Notes under the pieces: model-generated
What the model was told of the DNA's origin: nothing
The model's database searches: none
The model's input: only the letters and a program-made list of their open reading frames with translations
Part shown: positions 1 through 5,781 of the stretch, piece after piece
Position numbering within the stretch: the stretch's first letter is position 1
How the letters are laid out: every line of letters begins with the position of its first letter
Made by a program: the position numbers and the translations under genes
NCBI GenBank assembly: GCA_016288155.1
Contig: JAEEYP010000063.1
Location: forward strand, 222,124-286,123
Direction: 5' to 3'
Length of the DNA stretch: 64,000 bases
Source of the DNA: Clostridiales bacterium
Lineage (GTDB): Bacteria; Bacillota; Clostridia; Oscillospirales; CAG-272

Positions 1-609
1 AAACTGCCGGATGAATCCCTCGCGCGGATCTCCCCATCCGGGATTCCCTGTCCCGATCAAAACGTAATCCACACGATCCAGCGCTACGGGTTTGCTTGAA
101 GTATCAGCCATCTGTGTTACCTCACTTTTGATTTTCTGCCTTGCCGAAAACAGTCTTTGGCGGACGTTGCTTTCGCTTGTGTTCTGCCTGACGGCGATCT
201 GCGCCGTCGAAAGCCCGTCGATGTAGAACAAGATCATGGCTTCCCGGTACGCTTCTGTCAGATAGGCGATCCTGTGATATACAGCGGTAAGCAGTTCTCC
301 GGTCTCGTCTGTTTCATCGTCTTCCGCAACGGAAAGAAGGAATTCTTCGGCGTCTCCTTCATATTGAAGATCGGATTCCCGTTTCCGTTTCTCTGAATAA
401 TCGGCGTATACGTTGCGCGCCACCTTCCAGACAAACGGATAAACGCTTTCTATTTCCCCTCCGGACCGCGCGGATTTCACGAGAGCAAATACGATATCGG
501 AGCACAGCTCCTCCGCCGCATAGCTGTCGTTCGTCCTTGCATAACAGAAGCCGAACAGCTTGTCGAGCAATTCGCCGTTTACGTATTTCAGCAAGTCCTG
601 CTTTTTCAT
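1..609 (-). CDS. ECF-type sigma-70 family RNA polymerase sigma factor with in-frame C-terminal extension (partial, 3' end beyond left edge)
   Basis: Open minus-strand frame from ATG 609-607 (GGTGAG SD ~5 nt upstream) to the window edge. Absent from the ORF track because there is no stop inside the window. Translation starts MKKQDLLKYVNGELLDKLFGFCYARTNDSYAAEELCSDIVFALVKSA. Region-2-like YPFVWKVARNVYADY and region-4 HTH LSTAQIAVRQNTSESNVRQRLFSARQKIK are present. The frame stays open after region 4 (SEVTQMADTSSKPVALDRVDYVLIGTGNPGWGDPREGFIRQF...). Confidence 0.7.
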   Translation of the reverse strand, partial: MKKQDLLKYVNGELLDKLFGFCYARTNDSYAAEELCSDIVFALVKSARSGGEIESVYPFVWKVARNVYADYSEKRKRESDLQYEGDAEEFLLSVAEDDETDETGELLTAVYHRIAYLTEAYREAMILFYIDGLSTAQIAVRQNTSESNVRQRLFSARQKIKSEVTQMADTSSKPVALDRVDYVLIGTGNPGWGDPREGFIRQF

Positions 610-704
610 ATTCTCACCAAGCGATTGATCAATGCTTTCACCCATATAGTCCGCGGACGTGCGGTATTGTTAGGATAAAGTGGATTTTTTTTGATCCCGG
701 TTAT

Positions 705-733
705 ATCATATCACATTTTAGGCAAAAAAGCAA
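705..733 (-). promoter_or_regulatory. sigma-A-type promoter candidate for the sigma-factor gene
   Basis: Minus strand TTGCTT (733-728), 17 nt, TATGAT (710-705), with TGn extended -10. About 90 nt upstream of ATG 609. Confidence 0.45.
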
Positions 734-1007
734 AATAATACTGCCTCCCGAGAAGCGCGCGAGGCGGGGACCCTTCCCCGCCTCGTTGTTCATTGATTCT
801 CAAATAAGGATCTGCCGCCGGATCGCTCCGGCGGAAAGTGCGTGTCAGCCTCTCAGTCCACTCCAATATACATGATTCACGACGGCGCGACACGCGCATA
901 TTCACGCGCCGCATCCTTTGCCCCTTCGCCGAGAGAAAAGCCCGAATTCCATCCAGAGTCACGTTTTAAAAAAGCGCGGAAAAGGTCAGACGAAGATACG
1001 ACGCAGG

Positions 1008-1085
1008 ATAAATAAAAAGCTCCCCGCACACTTTCCACACTGACGGGGAGCTACCCAAAGCGGAGCGGCATCTGCCGCCGCATCC
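1008..1085 (-). ncRNA. candidate small RNA (~75 nt) bounded by a consensus promoter and an intrinsic terminator
   Basis: Predicted TSS ~1085, 7 nt downstream of a perfect -10. Hairpin 1 is GGCGG/CCGCT (1079-1064). The terminator stem is AGCTCCCCG/CGGGGAGCT followed by TTTTTATTTAT. No SD-preceded ORF inside. Confidence 0.4.
1013..1052 (-). terminator. rho-independent terminator of the candidate sRNA
   Basis: 9-bp GC-rich stem (1052-1044 pairs with 1026-1018) followed on the minus strand by TTTTTATTTAT. Confidence 0.6.
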
Positions 1086-1091
1086 ACATGC

Positions 1092-1120
1092 ATTATAACA
1101 AAGACGAAAAGCAATGTCAA
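1092..1120 (-). promoter_or_regulatory. consensus sigma-A promoter (orphan)
   Basis: Minus strand TTGACA (1120-1115), exactly 17 nt, TATAAT (1097-1092). Confidence 0.6.
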
Positions 1121-1304
1121 TATAGAAAGAGGAGAATCACCATGCGAACTTCTCCATCATCTACGGGGAGGAAGAATTCATCCCGTACCCCACGCTCAAG
1201 GAGCTCAAGAAGCTCTCCGAGCAACTTGCATAAGGAGGAACGCATGACCGTCACACTTTCCGCATATCAAGGATAATATTCTAACATATTTCTTACAAGC
1301 AAAC

Positions 1305-1332
1305 GAAAAAGCCCGTAAATACGGGCTTTTTT
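1305..1332. terminator. bidirectional rho-independent terminator downstream of tRNA-Val
   Basis: GCCCGTAAATACGGGC hairpin (1311-1326) flanked by an A-run (1305-1310) and a T-run (1327-1332). Confidence 0.7.
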
Positions 1333-1339
1333 CGTGCAT

Positions 1340-1416
1340 TGGTGGAGACAATTGGGATCGAACCAATGACCCCTTGCATGTCAAGCAAGTACTCTAACCA
1401 GCTGAGCTATGCCTCC
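1340..1416 (-). tRNA. tRNA-Val: tRNA-Val (anticodon GAC), CCA encoded
   Basis: 77-nt cloverleaf read by hand: acceptor GGAGGCA/TGTCTCC, anticodon arm CTTGC-TTGACAT-GCAAG, T arm ATTGG-TTCGATC-CCAAT, 3' ACCA. Confidence 0.95.
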
Positions 1417-1434
1417 ATCCCTGAATGCTTGAAT

Positions 1435-1463
1435 ATTATATCATGTTTTCCGAGGGTTGTCAA
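1435..1463 (-). promoter_or_regulatory. consensus sigma-A promoter of tRNA-Val with upstream A-tract (UP-like) element
   Basis: Minus strand TTGACA (1463-1458), 17 nt, TATAAT (1440-1435). A-rich tracts lie immediately upstream (1464-1495). The tRNA 5' end is ~19 nt downstream of the -10. Confidence 0.75.
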
Positions 1464-1543
1464 GCGCTTTTTTTGATTTTTTCCGTTTTTTCGTGACGGA
1501 TGGTACCCGCCGCCGCAAATCTGGCTACGGGGCGATTTTGTTC

Positions 1544-1572
1544 TTGCAATGACGGATAAAGTGTGATAAAAT
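1544..1572 (+). promoter_or_regulatory. sigma-A promoter candidate for the PspC-domain gene
   Basis: TTGCAA (1544-1549), 17 nt, TAAAAT (1567-1572), with TGn extended -10. Confidence 0.55.
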
Positions 1573-1643
1573 ATACGCAGAGTCTTTAGATATTCCGCTC
1601 ACTGAAAGCAACACGATTCAAAGCGATAAGGAGGATATTTCCC

Positions 1644-1835
1644 ATGGAGAAGAAACTGTACAGAAGCACCTCGGACCGAAAGATCTGCGGCGTATGCGGC
1701 GGTATTGCAGCATACTTCAATCTGGATCCGACGCTCGTGCGCGTGCTTTGGGCGGCGCTTTCCCTTTTCGCCGGCGGCGGCATCATCCTGTACCTCGTTG
1801 CCGCGCTGCTCATGCCGGAGGAACCGAAGGAATGA
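1644..1835 (+). CDS. PspC-domain membrane protein (63 aa)
   Basis: AAGGAGGA SD. MEKKLYRSTSDRKICGVCGGIAAYFNLDPTLVRVLWAAL is the typical PspC domain, followed by one TM segment. Confidence 0.85.
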   Translation: MEKKLYRSTSDRKICGVCGGIAAYFNLDPTLVRVLWAALSLFAGGGIILYLVAALLMPEEPKE

Positions 1836-1901
1836 TCCTTCAAGGAAACCTGCGCAGCCTCACCTTGCGCAGGTTTCCGCCTGTTTTTGTCAATCCGATG
1901 G

Positions 1902-2327
1902 TCATTCTTCCCCCAAGCGGACGACGGGATCTCCCGCCTTGCGAAAACCGTAAAAAGTCACAGAGGCAACGTCGTTGCCGAGTTCGTCCGATACGGTAAC
2001 GATAAACGCGCAGCCGCTCCGTCCCGCGTGAAGGCATCGCGCTTCTGCGATCAGCCGCTCTCCTTTTGCCGTCCCCAAATAGGTGATCTGACCTGATACG
2101 GAGACCGTCGGAGGATTATCTGCGTTCGCGGCGATGGCAAACGTGAAATCGGCCAGCGTGAAATACACGCCGCCCATCACGCCGCCCATGGCGTTTCGGT
2201 GCTCGCGCCGCAGGGTGAGCGAACATTTCGCGTAGTTTTTCCCCACCGCCTCGATTACGGCACCCGTCTGCTCCGTAGCGTACAAGTCGTTTTTGAAATA
2301 TTCCCGGACCCTCTCCAGATCGTTCAT
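1902..2327 (-). CDS. PaaI-family hotdog-fold thioesterase
   Basis: Start moved to MNDLERV (ATG 2327, GGAGGAG SD). The GGVMGGVYFTLADFTFAIAA motif is typical of PaaI/DUF4442 hotdog thioesterases. Confidence 0.75.
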   Translation of the reverse strand: MNDLERVREYFKNDLYATEQTGAVIEAVGKNYAKCSLTLRREHRNAMGGVMGGVYFTLADFTFAIAANADNPPTVSVSGQITYLGTAKGERLIAEARCLHAGRSGCAFIVTVSDELGNDVASVTFYGFRKAGDPVVRLGEE

Positions 2328-2362
2328 GGATACTCCTCCGCATCGTCGTTTTTTTCGCTTAT

Positions 2363-2391
2363 AGTATAGCATATTTTCCCTTCCCCGTCAA
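2363..2391 (-). promoter_or_regulatory. sigma-A promoter candidate for the thioesterase gene
   Basis: Minus strand TTGACG (2391-2386), 17 nt, TATACT (2368-2363), with TGn extended -10. Confidence 0.55.
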
Positions 2392-2445
2392 CGGCGTAAA
2401 CGGATGAACGATCCGTTCGAGGATCTTACAAGGAAAGGAAGCATA

Positions 2446-3066
2446 ATGAAAAAAGCAGTCCTTCTCGGTGATTCCATCCGACTATCGTACTGCGGCCGTG
2501 TCAGTGAACTGCTTGCCGGCGAATGCGAGGTACTCTGGCCGGAAGAAAACTGCGCGTACACAATGTATACGCTGCGCCGCACAAGAGAATGGTTCGAAGG
2601 CAGCGGCGGATGGGGATCGGTCGATCTGGTCCATTACAACAACGGGATCTGGGATCATCACCGCGTCGCCGACGACGGTGAGCCGCTGTCCACTCCGGAG
2701 CAGTATCTGTATCTGAACCGCCGCCTGTACCGGCAGCTCGCCGGATACGCGCCGAAGCTGATCTGGGCGACGACGATCCCCGCGGGAGAAGCGTATCAGT
2801 ATACGCCGCATTGGGTGCTCGGTCTGGAACGCGATGACTGGAACCGCGAGATCCGCGAATACAACGCTCTGCTCAGCGGGTATCTCTCCTCGCAGGGCGT
2901 GGAGATCAACGATCTGTACGCACTCGTCGCACCGCATCCCGAATACATCACGACGGACGGCATCCATCTCACCGCCGAAGGGGTCGAGGCGGCCGCGCAG
3001 CAGGTCGCGTCACGCATCCGCGCCGCTTTGAGCCGTACCGACGGGAACAGCGAGGTGTTACGATGA
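2446..3066 (+). CDS. SGNH/GDSL-type hydrolase (esterase), no signal peptide
   Basis: Start at MKKAVLLGDSI (ATG 2446, AGGAAAGGAAG SD). Block I GDS, block III NNGIWD, block V DGIHLT. Confidence 0.8.
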   Translation: MKKAVLLGDSIRLSYCGRVSELLAGECEVLWPEENCAYTMYTLRRTREWFEGSGGWGSVDLVHYNNGIWDHHRVADDGEPLSTPEQYLYLNRRLYRQLAGYAPKLIWATTIPAGEAYQYTPHWVLGLERDDWNREIREYNALLSGYLSSQGVEINDLYALVAPHPEYITTDGIHLTAEGVEAAAQQVASRIRAALSRTDGNSEVLR

Positions 3067-3656
3067 AAAAGGTTCTTATGCTCGGCGACGAGATCTGCGT
3101 CCAGTATCGGGATCGGGTGCGGGAGCTGCTGTCGGACCTCTGCGATGTCTCCTTTCCCGATCTTACCGCGATGAATGCCGGGTATACGCTGGGAACGCTG
3201 TGGTTCGTGCGCGACCACGCCTCGTCCGGCTTCGATCTCATCTATCTTGCGACCGGTCTCGCAGACCATCAGCGCGTCACAAGCGACGGTGAACCGCTCG
3301 TCTCTCCCGGAGAATATCTGCATCTGAACGGCCGTCTGATCCGCCAGCTCCGATCCTATACGCCGAAGATCATCTGGGCGACGACGCTCCCCGCGGGCGA
3401 GGGATACGTCCGGGATCCGGCGGGTTTCTACAGCATCCCACGCGAGGAATGGAACCGTGAGATCGCGCTGTACAACGCGCTGACGTCCGCTTTCCTCCAT
3501 GAGGAAAGCATCCCGGTCAATGACCTGCACGCGCTTGTCGTACCGCATCCGGAATATTTTGCCTCGGACGGCATCCACCTATCCGCGGCGGGCATAGAAG
3601 CTGCCGCACGGCAGACGGCGGACTGCATCCGCGCCTCGCTCGAATCGCGCGTCTGA
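3063..3656 (+). CDS. SGNH-hydrolase-like paralog lacking the nucleophile Ser (GDE instead of GDS)
   Basis: ATGA overlap with the upstream paralog. MKKVLMLGDEI... is colinear with the neighbour (PKxIWATTxPAGE, WNREIxxYNALL, DGIHL conserved), but block I Ser is Glu and block III NNG is ATG(L). Confidence 0.75.
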   Translation: MKKVLMLGDEICVQYRDRVRELLSDLCDVSFPDLTAMNAGYTLGTLWFVRDHASSGFDLIYLATGLADHQRVTSDGEPLVSPGEYLHLNGRLIRQLRSYTPKIIWATTLPAGEGYVRDPAGFYSIPREEWNREIALYNALTSAFLHEESIPVNDLHALVVPHPEYFASDGIHLSAAGIEAAARQTADCIRASLESRV

Positions 3657-3744
3657 CAGCCTTGGGACAGGTAGCGTCACCCTCGCCGTATATCTCTGTC
3701 CATTTCGTTGAACCATCTATCTTCTGTTTCTGGAGTGTAACGGT

Positions 3745-4710
3745 ATGTCTTGGTTTTTCTTTGCCCTGATCTCCACGCTCGGCTGGGGCTTTGCCGACCT
3801 TTTCTATAAAAAAGGGACGGATGAGAACGACGGTGCCTCTCACCTGAAGCTCGCCGTCTGGGTAGGGCTCGTCATGGGCGTGTGTTCGCTCGTCCTTCTT
3901 CCCTTCTCCGAGACCGGCTTCTCCATCTCCTCTCTGCTGGTCAATGCGATCAAGTACTCGCCGGCCTCTCTCGGCTATATCATCTCCATGGTGATCGGCT
4001 ACGCAGGACTGCGGTATCTGGAGTTGTCCATCGTTTCCCCCGTTCAGAATGCCTCCGGTGCGCTCTCCGTCGTCTGCATGCTCGTTTTCTTTACCGCCGC
4101 GGGACGGATCACCGATTTCTCCGAAGAGTATTCCGCTTTGGATATCGTGGGCTCCGTTTTGATCGTCGCCGGCGTGATCGCTCTGGCAGTCGTGGAACAG
4201 CGCCTCGCGGCGGCGGAAAAGGAGCTGGCGCCGGAAGAAAGGAAGTACCGTTTCGGTGCGCTCGCGCTGCTTTTCCCGATCCTATACTGCGTTTTCGATA
4301 CGCTCGGCACGGCGGCGGACGGTATCATCCTTGATGAAGAAACGGGGCTCGGGCTGGGGGAGATCGACGTGCTCATCCTCTACGGACTGACCTTTCTTGC
4401 TGCCGGGATCGCCGCGTGGATCTATCTGTGGATCCGCGCAAAGAAGCCGTATAATCCTTTCGCGAGCGCGGAGCGCTATAAGGGCGTCGCCGCCTGCTGC
4501 GAGGAGTTCGGGCAGATCTTCTACGTCTACGCCATGGCGGCGAAGCCTTTGCTCGCCGCGCCGATGATCGCCTCCTACTGCATCGTATCCGTGATACTCT
4601 CCCGTCTCATTCTGAAGGAAAAGCTGAAGGTTTCGCAGTATGCCTGCGTCGTCTCCGTCATCGTCGGCATCGTCTGTCTCGGCGTTTCCGAAGGACTCAG
4701 CGAGGCGTAA
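3745..4710 (+). CDS. DMT-superfamily (EamA-like) transporter
   Basis: 321-aa polytopic protein with about 10 hydrophobic segments in two halves. N-terminus WFFFALISTLGWGFADLFYKKG is typical of EamA/sugar-DMT carriers. Confidence 0.7.
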   Translation: MSWFFFALISTLGWGFADLFYKKGTDENDGASHLKLAVWVGLVMGVCSLVLLPFSETGFSISSLLVNAIKYSPASLGYIISMVIGYAGLRYLELSIVSPVQNASGALSVVCMLVFFTAAGRITDFSEEYSALDIVGSVLIVAGVIALAVVEQRLAAAEKELAPEERKYRFGALALLFPILYCVFDTLGTAADGIILDEETGLGLGEIDVLILYGLTFLAAGIAAWIYLWIRAKKPYNPFASAERYKGVAACCEEFGQIFYVYAMAAKPLLAAPMIASYCIVSVILSRLILKEKLKVSQYACVVSVIVGIVCLGVSEGLSEA

Positions 4711-4721
4711 ATAACGTTCGC

Positions 4722-4762
4722 AAAAAAACGGCACGGGTCTGAGCCCGTGCCGATTTTGATTT
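4722..4762. terminator. bidirectional rho-independent terminator between convergent genes
   Basis: AAAAAAAC-GGCACGGG-tctgag-CCCGTGCC-GATTTTGATTTT. Confidence 0.8.
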
Positions 4763-4767
4763 TCGGA

Positions 4768-5751
4768 TCAGAATGTAAGAGACGCGCGCGGGGCGACGGT
4801 CGTCCTGCCTCCGTCCAAAAGGAGCCAAAGCGTTTTGTCCGTGGGATTCTCGATCCCGCTCTCGGTGACGCGTGCGGCGCGGATGGCGTCTTCCTGCGCG
4901 AAGACGTCGCCGATCGGCGCGGAATAATACTCGTCCGGACGGCGCCCGAAACGATCGGCGAAGGCACGGAGATCGTCCCAGCGGCCGCTCCGTTCGTAAT
5001 CGATGGAATGGATGCCCGCGCAGAAATACTTCAGATGACCGTCGTCCGGAAACGCCTCGTACAGTGCTGCGTGTTTGAGGAGAGAGTCATGCGCCGTCGT
5101 GCAGTTCCATCCCATGCGGCTGACCGGAAGATTGAAGCCTTTCTCGTCCCCGTCCTGGCTCGATTTGCGCAGGCCGTAATACCCCGCCGCTTTCAGTCCG
5201 GCGATGAGCACCGCGTTGTTCTGCCGTCCGTACGGCCACACGAAGCCGCCGGCGCTCTCCGGTCCGAACACGGCGCGGATCTCCCGCCGTGCCTCTTCTG
5301 CGAGGCGGAGATACGCCTCTGCGTCGGCGATCACGCGCCAGCGAAGGAACTCTTTGCTGTCGGCGACCAGGCGCCAGCCGCGCGCGCCGCAGCAATGGTA
5401 CACTCCCGACTCGTCGGTTCTGTACAAAAATCCGGGATCGCTCGTCTCTTCATCAAAAGGATCGTCGGAGATATGGTACGTCGCGGAATCGTCAAAGGCG
5501 TACGGATGGTATTTAACGTGATTGGAGATCTCATTCCCTTCATAAAAAGCACGGTATTCTTCGGCGGAATGATCCCCAAGCCAAACGCCGCACAGGTTGA
5601 AGGTACCGCGGATCCCGGCAGGGCGGACGATGGCGAGAAACTTCTCGTCCATTTCCCAGTTGCCGTCGTCGATGGAAAAGTTCACGGACTTTCGCGTCCA
5701 TCCGGGAAAATAGTCAAGGTCTACGGTATGTTTTCCGATCGTCTGGATCAT
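4768..5751 (-). CDS. polysaccharide deacetylase family protein (CE4/NodB-like), cytoplasmic
   Basis: NFSIDDGN (NodB motif 1 DD) and SNHVKYH (HxxxH metal motif). No signal peptide. Confidence 0.7.
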   Translation of the reverse strand: MIQTIGKHTVDLDYFPGWTRKSVNFSIDDGNWEMDEKFLAIVRPAGIRGTFNLCGVWLGDHSAEEYRAFYEGNEISNHVKYHPYAFDDSATYHISDDPFDEETSDPGFLYRTDESGVYHCCGARGWRLVADSKEFLRWRVIADAEAYLRLAEEARREIRAVFGPESAGGFVWPYGRQNNAVLIAGLKAAGYYGLRKSSQDGDEKGFNLPVSRMGWNCTTAHDSLLKHAALYEAFPDDGHLKYFCAGIHSIDYERSGRWDDLRAFADRFGRRPDEYYSAPIGDVFAQEDAIRAARVTESGIENPTDKTLWLLLDGGRTTVAPRASLTF

Positions 5752-5781
5752 AATGTCCCTCCCGTCAGCATGCGATAATAC

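Noticed and set aside
537-962. ORFs 537..875 (+) and 711..962 (-) in the sigma-factor upstream region.
   Set aside because: No SD, and Arg/Ser-rich unnatural composition. They overlap the sigma-factor start or promoter and a series of hairpins, so the region is treated as non-coding.
1088-1276. 62-aa ORF (and its internal SD+ATG at 1142) as a small protein gene.
   Set aside because: The product is Ser/Arg/Thr-rich (MRTSPSSTGRKNSSRTPRSRSSRSS...) and looks like the wrong frame of a degraded gene. It is reported only as gene debris.
1340-1416. tRNA-Val as an integration site of a mobile element (looked for an integrase and a direct repeat of the tRNA 3' end).
   Set aside because: There is no integrase, excisionase or phage genes within the window. 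I could not find a second copy of the tRNA 3' segment by eye, and only small gene remnants are present.
1495-1512. GGATGGTACCCGCCG, resembling the T-box core GGGTGGTACCGCG, upstream of the PspC-domain gene.
   Set aside because: It has an extra base relative to the T-box sequence. There is no specifier loop, no AGAGA/GNUGGA elements and no terminator/antiterminator pair. It lies upstream of the predicted promoter, and the downstream gene is not an aminoacyl-tRNA-related gene.
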